The position numbers and the translations under genes were made by a program. A stretch of 61,495 bases of DNA, filler included. It is 8 parts of 8 records of this genome, joined end to end, with 100 filler letters (N's around TTAATTAATTAA, not from the genome) between each part and the next. Parts side by side here need not be neighbours in the genome. Positions count along the whole stretch, not along the records: positions 16,798 to 22,067 come from SRR31156797_65412; positions 22,168 to 30,295 come from SRR31156797_65424; 6 more parts are not named here. One strand, written 5' to 3'. Numbering within the stretch: position 1 is the first letter of the stretch; each line of letters begins with the position of its first letter. A model generated the notes under the pieces. The model did not search any database and was not told where the DNA came from. It saw only the letters and a program-made list of their open reading frames with translations. This document shows positions 18,300 to 28,457 of the stretch, piece by piece.

Positions 18300-19799
18300 T
18301 CATTTGTCGGCGTCCTGCGCCTTTTTCCGTGTGACGCGGTCGCGCATCAGCGAATATGTGACCGAAATGATCGAGATCGCATAGAAGAAAAGTGCGATCG
18401 GCGATTTGATCAGCGCCGACCAATCACCGTAATTGGTGATCAGGGCCTTGCCCAGTTCGTCTTCGGCAATGGGGCCCAGGATGACCCCCAGGATCAGTGG
18501 CGCCGGCGGGAAGCCGGTTTTTTTCATGCCGTAGCCGATGACGCCGAAGAAAAGCGCGATCATCATGTTCCAGGTGGTGTTGCCCAAGGCATACGAGCCG
18601 ATGAAACACAGCCCCAGGATCAGCGGAAACAGGATCGCTTCGGGGATGCGCAGGACCATCGGGAAGACCCGGACGCTGACGGTGCCGAGCAGCAGGATCA
18701 GGACGTTGGCCATCAGAAGGCCGGCGAAGATCGCCTGAACCATATCCGGGCGTTCGGTGAACAGCAGCGGCCCGGGACGTACCCCGATCAGCAACAGGGC
18801 GCCCAGCATGACGGCGGTGACGACGTCGCCGGGCACGCCCAATGTGAGAAGCGGCACCATGGCGCCGCCGGTGGTGCCGTTGTTGGCGGCTTCCGGCGCG
18901 GCGACGCCGGCCGGATTGCCGGTGCCGAAGGAATCCGGGTCCTTCGAAAAGCGCTTGGTTTCGTTGTAGGCCATGAACGAAGCGATGGCGCCGCCGGTTC
19001 CCGGGATGACGCCGATGGCGGTGCCGAGGAACGAGCACGGGACGATAATCCGGAACAGCCGCAGCAATTCGCGCCAGCCCGGCAGGACACGGCCGATCTT
19101 CTGCTTGGCGGCGACGATGCCCTTGGCCCGTTCTTCCAGTTGCACGAAGATCTGCGAGATGGCGAAAATGCCGATCAGAACCGGCAACAGGCTGAAGCCC
19201 ATCATCAGGTTGGGCACGCCGAAGGAATAGCGCGGCATGCCGGTCATCGGGTCGATGCCGACGAGCGCGATCATCAGGCCGAAGACGCCGCTCATCAATC
19301 CCTTGACCAGGGATTTGCCCGAGACGGATGCGATCACGGTCAGCGCGAAGGTCATCAGGGCGCAGTATTCGACCGGTCCGAATCTCAAGGCAAAGGTGGC
19401 CAGTTGCGGCGCCAGGAACATCAGGCAAAAGGTCGAAATGATGCCGCCGGAAGTCGACGCGATAGTGGCGATGCCGATGGCCCGGCCGGCTTCGCCTTTG
19501 CGCGCCATCGGATAACCGTCGAGCAATGTTGCCGCCGCCGACGGCGTGCCCGGCGTGCTGATCAGGATCGCCGAGATCGAGCCGCCGTAGATGGCGCCGC
19601 AGAACATGCCGCACAGCATGACCATGGCGGTCGACGGATCGACATAAAAGACGAACGGCAGCAGCAGGATAATGCCGACCGACCCGGTCAAGCCGGGCAG
19701 GGCGCCGACGACGATACCGCCGGCGACGCCGATGAACAGGAATACGAAATGCGACGGCGCCAGAACGAACAAAAACCCGTCGATGATCGAGGCTTCCAT
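18300..19799 (-). CDS. tctA: Tripartite tricarboxylate transporter large permease TctA
   Basis: GALPGL, YGGSISAILISTPGTP, APEAANN, PLLTLGVPG. Confidence 0.93.
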   Translation of the reverse strand: MEASIIDGFLFVLAPSHFVFLFIGVAGGIVVGALPGLTGSVGIILLLPFVFYVDPSTAMVMLCGMFCGAIYGGSISAILISTPGTPSAAATLLDGYPMARKGEAGRAIGIATIASTSGGIISTFCLMFLAPQLATFALRFGPVEYCALMTFALTVIASVSGKSLVKGLMSGVFGLMIALVGIDPMTGMPRYSFGVPNLMMGFSLLPVLIGIFAISQIFVQLEERAKGIVAAKQKIGRVLPGWRELLRLFRIIVPCSFLGTAIGVIPGTGGAIASFMAYNETKRFSKDPDSFGTGNPAGVAAPEAANNGTTGGAMVPLLTLGVPGDVVTAVMLGALLLIGVRPGPLLFTERPDMVQAIFAGLLMANVLILLLGTVSVRVFPMVLRIPEAILFPLILGLCFIGSYALGNTTWNMMIALFFGVIGYGMKKTGFPPAPLILGVILGPIAEDELGKALITNYGDWSALIKSPIALFFYAISIISVTYSLMRDRVTRKKAQDADK

Positions 19800-19820
19800 A
19801 GTCAATTACCCCTGAGCCGC

Positions 19821-20303
19821 CTAAAACAGATCGAACCGCGGCAGCGGCACTTTGAAAATCATCCGGAACACGTAATAGAAGACCGCCGTGCCGGCGATCG
19901 ACACCGACGCGATGACGGTCCAGCGCTTTTCCTTGAACAGGAAGACGGTGCCGGCCAGCAGCACCGGCGTTGAGACGATAAATCCCAGATGGTCGATCAG
20001 CCGCGTATAGGCGAAGGCGAAAATGGCAAAAATGAAAAACAGCCGGTTGTCGGAAATGAACGTCTTGGCCTTTTGAAGAGCCGTCGCGCCGCCGGCTTCG
20101 GTTTCATCACGTTCGGCCGATGATGCCGCCTTCAGGCTGTTGACTACCAGGATGGCCGACAGGATCAGCATGCAGGCGCTGACGAAGCGCGGAAATACGC
20201 GCGGCGAAACGTACTGCCCGGAAATCGGGAAAGACCAAGTCGCGATAAAAAACGCGACCGACAGGCCGATCAGTACGGTGCCAACGGCGACGTCCTTTTT
20301 CAC
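19821..20303 (-). CDS. tctB: Tripartite tricarboxylate transporter small permease TctB
   Basis: About 4 TM helices, PRVFP, LGF, C-terminal FKVPLP; lies between tctC and tctA. Confidence 0.85.
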   Translation of the reverse strand: MKKDVAVGTVLIGLSVAFFIATWSFPISGQYVSPRVFPRFVSACMLILSAILVVNSLKAASSAERDETEAGGATALQKAKTFISDNRLFFIFAIFAFAYTRLIDHLGFIVSTPVLLAGTVFLFKEKRWTVIASVSIAGTAVFYYVFRMIFKVPLPRFDLF

Positions 20304-20328
20304 GTTTTCGGCCTCCCGGGAAAGAAAT

Positions 20329-20357
20329 CGGCGCGGCGGGAACCAGCCGCCGCGCCG
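20329..20357. terminator. GC-rich stem-loop between tctC and tctB
   Basis: CGGCGCGGCGG-GAACCAG-CCGCCGCGCCG, followed by TTTCTTT on the minus strand. Confidence 0.65.
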
Positions 20358-20374
20358 TGGGTTGGTCGTATCGA

Positions 20375-21337
20375 TCAGTACTTGTATTTGTTGCCCATCT
20401 TGTTGGATTTGATGAGTTCTTGGTAGAACTTGTCCTGACCCTTGACGAAATCGACGAAGTCCGGACCGCCCTTGTAGTCGAGCATCATGCCGGCCTTGCT
20501 GGCCAGTTTCTGGAAGGCCGGGTCGTCCATGGTCGCCTTGATGGCGTCATGCAGGACCTTGATCTTGGCCGGATCCGTGCCCTTCGGGGCGGCCAGGCCG
20601 CGCCATTGGCTGAGATGGAAGTCGACGCCCTGTTCCTTGGCGGTGGGAACGTCCTTGAAGGCCGCGATGCGTTCCGGCGAGAACATCGCCAACGCACGAA
20701 GGTCGCCCGAGGCCAACTGGCCGACGCCTTCCGGCGGGCCGACGTTGATGGCGTCGACATGGCCGCCGACCGCCGCGATGACGGTTGGGCCGCCGCCCTT
20801 GTGCGGGACGTGGTTGAACTTGACACCGGCCGCCTTTTCGAAGGCGAGCGCGATCATGTGGGTGCCGCCGCCGGCGCCGGCGTTGCCGAGATTGACCTTG
20901 CCGGGACGCGCCTTGGCGTCGTCGATCAGGTCGGTCAGGGTTTTGTAGGGCGACTTGGCCGGAACCAGAATCCAGCACGGCGAGGTGACGATGTTGATGA
21001 TCGGTTCGAAGCTGTCGATGTTGTACGGCGTGTTGGTCATGTGGGTCTTGGTGATCGACGCCGTCGCCCAGGCCAGCGTGTAATAGCCGTCGGGCTTCTT
21101 GGTCGTGGCTTCGGTGTAACCCGGTACCGCGCCGCCGCCGGGGCGGTTGACGATGATGACCGGTTCCTTGAGATACTTCGGCAGGACGCCGAGCATGGTT
21201 CTGAAGACGATGTCGGTGGATCCGCCGACGCCCCACGGGATCATCAGTTCGATTTCGCGGTTCGGGAATTCGTCCGCCGACGCGGCGGTCGCGAAGAGGG
21301 CTGCCGCAACCGCGGTGGCCGTCAATAATTTCCGCAT
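20375..21337 (-). CDS. tctC: Tripartite tricarboxylate transporter substrate-binding protein (Bug/TctC)
   Basis: Signal peptide; [38 protein letters not shown]. Confidence 0.92.
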   Translation of the reverse strand: MRKLLTATAVAAALFATAASADEFPNREIELMIPWGVGGSTDIVFRTMLGVLPKYLKEPVIIVNRPGGGAVPGYTEATTKKPDGYYTLAWATASITKTHMTNTPYNIDSFEPIINIVTSPCWILVPAKSPYKTLTDLIDDAKARPGKVNLGNAGAGGGTHMIALAFEKAAGVKFNHVPHKGGGPTVIAAVGGHVDAINVGPPEGVGQLASGDLRALAMFSPERIAAFKDVPTAKEQGVDFHLSQWRGLAAPKGTDPAKIKVLHDAIKATMDDPAFQKLASKAGMMLDYKGGPDFVDFVKGQDKFYQELIKSNKMGNKYKY

Positions 21338-21417
21338 GGTTTAGTTACCTCCTATTGCTGCCTTTTCTTGGATACGACGCTTATGCGCTCTTTGCTTAAG
21401 TTCCTTATTCAGGTGCC

Positions 21418-22067
21418 TTACATTTCGAGAATATCGGGGCGCCGGAACACGCATCCGTCCGCTTCGACGGTCAGGACCGGATAGGTAACGGGACGCGTGA
21501 GCATTTCGGGCCCCTGCGAGGTCGCCAGCATGACATCCTCGCTTTTCGAACCCGAGATCGACGGATTCCAGGAGAACGCCTGGTTCTCCTGGATGATCGC
21601 GTCGGTCTGGAATGTCACTTTGTAGTCGCGGCCGGCATAGCCGATGGAGCCGCCCTGGTGATGCAGCTCGTATTCCTTTTCGAAGCCCTTCTCCTTGTAG
21701 GCGGCAAGCCCCTTTTCGAATGGCTCGGTGGCGGGGCGGCCGGGGATCGTATTGGCCATCATGACGCAGTCGACATAGACGTTGGCATCGTAGCGCCGGC
21801 GGATGTCGTCGGACGTGCGGCCGAATTGAACGAAGCGGGTGAACGATACGATCAGGCCCCAGCGGCGCACGTTGCAGCACAGCATGGCGCGATTCGCGAT
21901 CCGACGCTCGGTGGCGATCGGGTGGCGGAAATTGGCGATGCGGTCGTCGGCGGCGCAAAACGTGGTGATGTAGTCGTAGCCGTTGTCCCACAGCCGTTCG
22001 GCCAGCCGCCCGATGACCGAGCATTCCTTGTCGCCCGGGCGGATGGTCTTGGCCGCGTCCTCGAGGC
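21418..22067 (-). CDS. M24 (Xaa-Pro peptidase-like) family protein, 5'-partial
   Basis: LHHQGG, AFSWNPSISGSKSED; the frame runs into the contig edge. Confidence 0.75.
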
Positions 22068-22167
22068 NNNNNNNNNNNNNNNNNNNNNNNNNNNNNNNNN
22101 NNNNNNNNNNNTTAATTAATTAANNNNNNNNNNNNNNNNNNNNNNNNNNNNNNNNNNNNNNNNNNNN
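22068..22167. other. Artificial contig spacer 3
   Basis: N44-TTAATTAATTAA-N44. Confidence 0.99.
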
Positions 22168-22168
22168 G

Positions 22169-22243
22169 GTCCGCGTAAAAAACATAGAAAAGACATTCCA
22201 CAACAGTCAACAGCAGACTTGACCCCGCATATGACCCCGCATA
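22169..22243 (+). mobile_element. Possible 3' end of a REP-associated (Y1) tyrosine transposase element, with a tandem TGACCCCGCATA duplication
   Basis: Frame ...NSQQQT* has its stop inside GACTTGACCCC; 12-bp tandem duplication at 22220-22243. The family call is from recall only. Confidence 0.35.
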
Positions 22244-22576
22244 CATATACTAGACAAAAACAGCTTAACAATGTACTCTAAATTCAAGGAACTGATCGAG
22301 GAGCCGGCAATAATAAAGCGTAAATTTCAGTCCCATGATACACTACATCTGTTAATGTTATCCAATTATTTTTTGATGGAAATGGCGGGCTTCAAGAAGG
22401 AACCCTCCTAATTGGCGGCAACGCCCTGAACTTTTTCCTTGTAATTGCCGACCCCTTTTTCTAAATTCGAATATATTATCAGGATTGCGCGCCTCCGACG
22501 TTTCTGCCCGTCGGCATGATCGCGATCCCCCTGTTCACGAATCCTTTCATGATGGCGTAACGATTCGGGGAACTCC

Positions 22577-24445
22577 ATGAGCTGGATTATTTTTCTGATC
22601 CTTTTTCCCTTGGCCCCTGCCGCGCTTCTTTTGGCGTTTCGATCCGTTTCCACTCAAAAATGGATCGTGCTCGTCGCTTCGGCCCTCATCTGCGCCGCCG
22701 CCATGGGCCTTGCCGTCACATGCACGGGGGGAGAGGCGAAATTCTTCACCATCACTTCAGACACGGCGAACAAACTGGTGATTGCAGGCGACATCGTCCT
22801 GGCCCTGGTCTTTCTGTTGGTGTGCAGACGGCTTTCACTGACATGGTACTGGATCCCGCTTCTGGTGATCGTCCAGTACGGCGCCGTGGTCTTCTACGAC
22901 CTGAGCGGGAGGGTTCCTGCAGTCACTCAGCCGCTTTTCGTGGACAACCTCTCCGTGATCATGGCTTTGATTATCGGAATCGTCGGTTGCCTGATCATGG
23001 TCTACACCGTGGGTTACATGAGACACTACCACGAGGAACACCCCGACGTACCCGATCGGAGAGGATTGTTTCTGGCCGCCATTTTCCTTTTCTTCTTTGC
23101 CATGTATGGAATCATCTTTTCCAACAGCATCACGTGGATCTACTTTTTCTGGGAAATCACGACACTCTGTTCCTTTATCATGATCAGCTATCCCCAGACC
23201 CAAGAGGCGCGGCACAACGCCTTCCGCGCCCTGTGGATGCTGCTCCTGGGGGGGCTGGCCTTTTCCATGGCCATCCTCTATGCATCGGACTCCTGCAACA
23301 CCGTGGAGCTGCGGCAATTGGTGAATATGAACAAGACGGCCGTTATGCTCCCGATTCTTCTTATCACATTTGCAGGTCTGAACAAGGCCGCCCAGTTTCC
23401 CTTTGCCAGATGGCTCCTGGGCGCCATGGTGGCGCCGACCCCCTCTTCGGCCCTGCTCCACTCCAGCACCATGGTGAAAGCCGGCGTCTACATCTGCCTC
23501 AGGTGTTCCCCGATCCTGGAGGATACCGCTTCCGGCGCCGTGGTCGCGCTCATGGGCGGCCTGAGCTTCCTGGCAGGCTCGGCCCTGGCCATTGCCCAGC
23601 GGGACGGAAAAAAGGTTCTGGCCTATTCCACCATCGGCAACCTGGGACTCATCATTCTCTGCGCCGGTGTGGGTTCGCACTGGGCCCTCTGGGCCGCGGT
23701 GCTCCTCATGATTTTTCACGCCGTGGCAAAGGCCCTGATGTTTCTCGCGGTGGGCACGGTGGAACAGCAGACCGGAAGCCGCGACATTGAAGAGATGCAC
23801 GGCCTGATTTCGAAGATGCCTCTTCTGACCATCACCATGCTCGTGGGAATGGCCGGCATGTTTCTCGCGCCCTTCGGCATGCTGATCAGCAAATGGGCCG
23901 TGCTGGAGGCCCTGGCCATTCGGAGCCCGGTCTATCCCCCCATGGTCATCTTCGGCGGTTCACTCATGCTCTTTTTCTGGGCCAAATGGATGGGCACGCT
24001 CGTTGCCGTGGTCGGGCCGGCGCCGCAACGGGAAAAAGGGATCGGCATCGAGTGGACCGCCCTTTTCGGGTTGGCCGCGCTCACGGTCCTGACCTGCGCC
24101 CTTTACCCGTTCATCGGCTACTGCCTGATCCAGCCCCTCTACGGTCAGAATCCGATGCTGAGTCGGGGGGCCATCTGCATGGTGGGCATCATGTTGAGCC
24201 TGATGACCCTGCTTCCCCTGGGGTTTTTCATCCACTGGAAGAACCTGGTCCATGTGGAGCCTTACCTCTCCGGAGCCAATGTGTCCGATCCCCGTCAATT
24301 CATGGACTCCCTCGGTAACAGACGGCAATGGTCCTTCAAGAACTACTATATGGAGAAGTTCTTCAGTGAGGAAAAGCTGTTTCGCGGATCCCTGGTGGGA
24401 TCCATGGCGCTGATGGTTCTCATGTTCGTCATGGAGAAGCTATGA
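22577..24445 (+). CDS. echA: Ech hydrogenase subunit A (NuoL/MrpA-like antiporter)
   Basis: WEITTLCSF, KAAQFPF..WL..AMVAPTPSSALLHSSTMVKAG, LAYSTI, HAVAKALMF. Confidence 0.92.
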   Translation: MSWIIFLILFPLAPAALLLAFRSVSTQKWIVLVASALICAAAMGLAVTCTGGEAKFFTITSDTANKLVIAGDIVLALVFLLVCRRLSLTWYWIPLLVIVQYGAVVFYDLSGRVPAVTQPLFVDNLSVIMALIIGIVGCLIMVYTVGYMRHYHEEHPDVPDRRGLFLAAIFLFFFAMYGIIFSNSITWIYFFWEITTLCSFIMISYPQTQEARHNAFRALWMLLLGGLAFSMAILYASDSCNTVELRQLVNMNKTAVMLPILLITFAGLNKAAQFPFARWLLGAMVAPTPSSALLHSSTMVKAGVYICLRCSPILEDTASGAVVALMGGLSFLAGSALAIAQRDGKKVLAYSTIGNLGLIILCAGVGSHWALWAAVLLMIFHAVAKALMFLAVGTVEQQTGSRDIEEMHGLISKMPLLTITMLVGMAGMFLAPFGMLISKWAVLEALAIRSPVYPPMVIFGGSLMLFFWAKWMGTLVAVVGPAPQREKGIGIEWTALFGLAALTVLTCALYPFIGYCLIQPLYGQNPMLSRGAICMVGIMLSLMTLLPLGFFIHWKNLVHVEPYLSGANVSDPRQFMDSLGNRRQWSFKNYYMEKFFSEEKLFRGSLVGSMALMVLMFVMEKL

Positions 24446-25299
24446 ATACCTTTTTCTGGATCGCCGCATATATCCTGCTCGCCCCGGTGCTGGGCGGCCT
24501 GATCAACGGATGCGACCGCATCATCACGGCGCGCATGCAGAGCCGGGTGGGGCCGCCCGTGCTGCAGCCCTTTTATGACGTGCTCAAGCTCATGGGAAAA
24601 GACAACCTGGCCGTCAACAGGTTTCACGGTTACTATCTGTTCATTTTTCTCGTCTTCATGATTGTCAGCGGGGCCATGTTTTTCGGGGGTCAGGATCTTC
24701 TCATGGTCGTCTTTGCCTCCATTGTGGCGGACACCTTTCTCGTTCTGGGCGCCTACTCTACAAATTCCCCTTACAGTTCCATCGGCGCCGAGCGGGAACT
24801 CCTGCAGATGCTGGCCGCCGAACCGATGATGCTGCTGGCCGCCGTAGGCTTCCATATGGCAACGGGCAGCTTCCATGTTTCCGAAATCGTCGCCTGCGAC
24901 AAGTCCCTGATCCTCTATCTGCCCGGCGTTTTTGCGGGACTCTGCTATGTGCTGACGATCAAGCTCAGAAAATCCCCCTTTGATCTTTCCACTTCCCACC
25001 ACGCCCATCAGGAACTGGTAAAGGGAATCACCACCGAGTTTGCCGGCCCTTCCCTGGCGCTGATCGAGATCGAACACTGGTACGAAACGATCCTGCTCCT
25101 GGGCATGATCTATCTCTTTTTCGCTTTCAACCCCATCGCGGCCGTTCTTGCGACCCTGTTTGTCTATTTTCTCGAGATCCTCATCGACAACACAAACGCG
25201 CGTATCAAATGGGAGCTCATGCTGAAGTCCGCATGGATCGCCACCATAATTCTCGGCGGGGGGAACCTGCTGGTGCTCTATTTTATTCTTCACGGATGA
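24442..25299 (+). CDS. echB: Ech hydrogenase subunit B (NuoH-like)
   Basis: RIITARMQSRVGPP.LQPFYD..KL, KSPFDLS.SHHAHQE. Confidence 0.93.
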   Translation: MNTFFWIAAYILLAPVLGGLINGCDRIITARMQSRVGPPVLQPFYDVLKLMGKDNLAVNRFHGYYLFIFLVFMIVSGAMFFGGQDLLMVVFASIVADTFLVLGAYSTNSPYSSIGAERELLQMLAAEPMMLLAAVGFHMATGSFHVSEIVACDKSLILYLPGVFAGLCYVLTIKLRKSPFDLSTSHHAHQELVKGITTEFAGPSLALIEIEHWYETILLLGMIYLFFAFNPIAAVLATLFVYFLEILIDNTNARIKWELMLKSAWIATIILGGGNLLVLYFILHG

Positions 25300-25309
25300 A
25301 GGAGGCGTG

Positions 25310-25726
25310 ATGGGGTTTATCAAGAAGTCTCCCTGGATCTTTCACTACGACGGTTCCAGCTGCAACGGTTGCGACATCGAGGTGCTGGCCTGCCTGACGC
25401 CCATGTACGACATTGAAAGGTTCGGCGTAATCAATACCGGCAACCCGAAGCATTCGGATATCCTCATGATTACAGGCGCCATCAACAACCAGAACAAGCC
25501 GGTGGTGGAAGCTGTCTACGAACAGATGGGGGACCCCAAGGTGGTCATCGCCCTGGGAACCTGTGCCACGAGCGGCCATTTCTTTTCCGAATGTTACAAT
25601 ATTCTGGGAGGCGTCGACACAACCATCCCGGTGGATGTGTACATTCCAGGGTGTGCGGTTCGCCCCGAGGCGATCATCGACAGCCTGGTCCGGGCCCTGG
25701 CCATCCTGGGAGAGAAGAAACGATAA
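25310..25726 (+). CDS. echC: Ech hydrogenase small subunit C (NuoB-like)
   Basis: SSCNGCDIE, NPKHSD, GTCA, DVYIPGC..RPE. Confidence 0.94.
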   Translation: MGFIKKSPWIFHYDGSSCNGCDIEVLACLTPMYDIERFGVINTGNPKHSDILMITGAINNQNKPVVEAVYEQMGDPKVVIALGTCATSGHFFSECYNILGGVDTTIPVDVYIPGCAVRPEAIIDSLVRALAILGEKKR

Positions 25727-25828
25727 AAGAGCAAGCCAGGGGGAGGAAACCTGCCTGTGGAATCAGGCACCAATCAACGGGAAGGAAAAGAGGAACGGCC
25801 CAAGCGGGCATGAGATGAGGATGGAATC

Positions 25829-26251
25829 ATGTTGGAAGAGCAGAGGATCATACGGATTGCTCGCGAGGAACTCCTGGACAGAATCCACGGCGTGTTTGAG
25901 CAGGGGTACAGGCTCGTTCAGATAAGTTGCACCCAGGGCGAGGCATTTCAGATCGATTACACCTTTGACAAGGATTACAGGTTTCTGGATTTTCGCCTGA
26001 TGGTCCCCGCAGAGGATGCCCGACTTCCCAGCATTACGGGCGTTTACGGGTGCGCCTTCACCTATGAGAACGAACTCCACGACCTTTTCGGGATTCAGGT
26101 AGACGGCATCAGCCTCGACTACGGCGGCAACTTCTACAGGATTCCGGTTGTGGCCCCATTCAAGATTCCGGACGCACAAAAAAAAGAACCCCCGGAAAAC
26201 GGGGGAATGGAAAAAAAGCTCCCACCACAAGGGATAAGCCATGGGAAGTAG
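25829..26251 (+). CDS. echD: Ech hydrogenase subunit D (NuoC-like)
   Basis: GYRLVQISCT, LPSIT, YENELHDLFGI. Confidence 0.9.
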   Translation: MLEEQRIIRIAREELLDRIHGVFEQGYRLVQISCTQGEAFQIDYTFDKDYRFLDFRLMVPAEDARLPSITGVYGCAFTYENELHDLFGIQVDGISLDYGGNFYRIPVVAPFKIPDAQKKEPPENGGMEKKLPPQGISHGK

Positions 26252-27320
26252 AACCATCATCCCCTTCGGCCCCCAGCACCCGGTTCTGCCGGAGCCGATT
26301 CATCTTGACCTGGTCCTGGAGGACGAAAAGGTGGTGGAGGCGATTCCCTCCGTCGGTTTCGTCCACCGTGGTCTCGAGCTTCTGTGTAAGAAAAAACCTT
26401 ACCGGGACATGGTGTACATTGCCGAGCGGATCTGCGGAATCTGCAGTTTCATCCACGGACTGGGATATGCACAGGGCGTTGAAAAAATCATGGGGATCCC
26501 GGTCCCGGAACGTGCGCTCTACCTGCGTGTCTTCTGGAGCGAACTTTCCAGGATTCACAGCCACCTGCTCTGGCTCGGCCTGGCGGCCGATGCGGCCGGT
26601 TTTGAAAGCCTGTTCAACCACTCCTGGCGCGTGCGCGAATACATACTCGATGTGATAGAGGAAACGGCAGGGGGCCGTGTTATCTTCGGCGTGTGCAAAG
26701 TGGGCGGTGTCCGCCGGGACGTGGAAAACGACACCCTCTGGCGGATCCTAGGACGGTTGGGGGAGATCGAGGCGGATTACAACACCATCGCCCGTGTCTT
26801 CAAGAGAGAGTACACCATGAAGCGCCGTTTTTCCGACGTGGGCGTAATTTCCAGGGAAGATGCCAAAAAGCTCGGGGCTGTGGGGCCCGTGGCCAGGGGC
26901 AGTGATGTTCCCCAGGATCAACGGAAACTGGGCTATGCCGTGTACGACAAACTCGACTTTGAACCGGTTACCGAGAGTGGCGGAGACTGTTACGCGCGGT
27001 GCCTGGTAAGGATTCGGGAAGTCAACTGTTCGTTTCAGCTCATCCGGCAGGCTGTGGAAAAGATCCCCGAGGGGCCGGTGGATGTGAAGGTGAAGGGCTT
27101 TCCCGAGGGGGAGTTCTTTTCCAGACTCGAACAGCCCCGCGGCGAAGTGGTTTATTATGTGAAGGGGAACGGAACGGAGTTTCTGGACCGGTTCCGGGTA
27201 AGGACCCCCACCTTTGCAAACATACCGCCTCTGGTACAGATGCTGGGCGGATGTGATCTGGCCGATGTGCCGGTAATCGTCCTCTCCATCGATCCTTGTA
27301 TCAGTTGCACGGAGAGATAG
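26241..27320 (+). CDS. echE: Ech [NiFe]-hydrogenase large subunit E (group 4)
   Basis: L1 ERICGICSFIH; L2 DPCISCTER at the very C-terminus, with no cleavable extension. Confidence 0.96.
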   Translation: MGSRTIIPFGPQHPVLPEPIHLDLVLEDEKVVEAIPSVGFVHRGLELLCKKKPYRDMVYIAERICGICSFIHGLGYAQGVEKIMGIPVPERALYLRVFWSELSRIHSHLLWLGLAADAAGFESLFNHSWRVREYILDVIEETAGGRVIFGVCKVGGVRRDVENDTLWRILGRLGEIEADYNTIARVFKREYTMKRRFSDVGVISREDAKKLGAVGPVARGSDVPQDQRKLGYAVYDKLDFEPVTESGGDCYARCLVRIREVNCSFQLIRQAVEKIPEGPVDVKVKGFPEGEFFSRLEQPRGEVVYYVKGNGTEFLDRFRVRTPTFANIPPLVQMLGGCDLADVPVIVLSIDPCISCTER

Positions 27321-27324
27321 GATA

Positions 27325-27837
27325 ATGGAGGATACAGTACTGGCCTTCTGGAGAACCGTTGCCAGGAGCCTCGTGAGCAAACCGGCCTGCAAGATGTATC
27401 CGGCGCAGGCCCCTGTGTTCTTTGAAAGAACGCGCGGCCGCATCGAGATGGACTCCTCGAAATGTATTGTGTGCACCCTGTGCCACACGAAGTGTCCCGC
27501 CGGGGCCATCGTGGTGGACAGGAAGAAGAACACCTGGCAGATGGACCGGTTCCGGTGTATTCTCTGCGGCGCCTGCACGGAAAGCTGCAGGTCCGGTGCC
27601 CTGACCATGGTGAACCGGTACACGGGGCCCGTAACAGGGAACCGGATCGAAAGCGTTACAGTCACCCCGCCGAAACGTAAGAAGAAACCAAAGACGCCTC
27701 CTTTTGCCGGGAAAACGGCCGAAGCGGCCACGCCCACCGATTCTCTTATGATATGGTCTGATCAGAAAAGGAGATCAGATACAGAAAAAAGCAGGATCAG
27801 GCAAAATCAGTTGAAGGATTTTAGCATCTGTTTTTAA
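27325..27837 (+). CDS. echF: Ech hydrogenase subunit F (2x[4Fe-4S], NuoI-like)
   Basis: CIVCTLCHTKCP and CILCGACTESC; atypical C-terminal tail. Confidence 0.9.
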   Translation: MEDTVLAFWRTVARSLVSKPACKMYPAQAPVFFERTRGRIEMDSSKCIVCTLCHTKCPAGAIVVDRKKNTWQMDRFRCILCGACTESCRSGALTMVNRYTGPVTGNRIESVTVTPPKRKKKPKTPPFAGKTAEAATPTDSLMIWSDQKRRSDTEKSRIRQNQLKDFSICF

Positions 27838-27893
27838 TATGTTACACTAAAACCCCGGGGAGGGTACAAAAAAAATGCAAGGAGGTGGCAGAT

Positions 27894-28337
27894 ATGGAAT
27901 TAGTTCCGTGGAGACCCTTTGGCGAAATCAGTTCCTTTCGAGGGGAAATGGACAAAGTTTGGGATCGGTTTTTTGGCCGGAGGCCATCAATCGGAAGATT
28001 CACTGAAGAATGGTCGCCCTCGGTAGATGTTTCGGAAACCGAGGATAAACTTCTCATTAAGGCGGAACTACCGGGTCTTGAGACCAAAGACGTCAGTGTA
28101 AGCATGTCGGGAGACCTTTTGACCATAAAAGGTGAAAAGAAAAGGGAAAAAGAAGAAAAGGATGAGCATCATCATTATATGGAGCGATATTCGGGATCCT
28201 TTGAGCGTTCCTTCCGAATCCCGGTAAACGTTAAAGCCGACAAGGTTGAGGCGGTCTTTGAAAAAGGCGTCTTAAAGTTAATCCTTCCAAAAGAGGAAGA
28301 AGCCAGGAAAAAAGAAATCGAAATCAAGGTTAAGTAA
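27894..28337 (+). CDS. Hsp20/alpha-crystallin small heat-shock protein
   Basis: PSVDVSE, AELPG, ERYSGSFERSF, A.F..GVL; GGAGG RBS before the ATG at 27894. Confidence 0.95.
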   Translation: MELVPWRPFGEISSFRGEMDKVWDRFFGRRPSIGRFTEEWSPSVDVSETEDKLLIKAELPGLETKDVSVSMSGDLLTIKGEKKREKEEKDEHHHYMERYSGSFERSFRIPVNVKADKVEAVFEKGVLKLILPKEEEARKKEIEIKVK

Positions 28338-28457
28338 ATCTATTCCGCGCCCTCCCCGGGCCCAACCGGAGCACAAAATATTCGATTTGTTTCATGGATC
28401 GGTTTACCGCCATAACGGCCGTCATTGTACAAAACATAAGACAGGAGGACTCAAGAA

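Noticed and set aside
723-21328. Long antisense or alternate-frame ORFs (e.g. 723-1949, 4625-6286, 14690-16753, 18246-19973, 20357-21328)
   Set aside because: Shadow ORFs of GC-rich genes with no recognisable motifs.
26241-27320. Selenocysteine in EchE, or in YedF at 50732
   Set aside because: All relevant positions are Cys codons and neither frame has an internal TGA.
27819-27853. CIRCE element upstream of Hsp20
   Set aside because: TTAGCATC...ACACTAA fits neither the sequence nor the 9-nt spacing of TTAGCACTC-N9-GAGTGCTAA.
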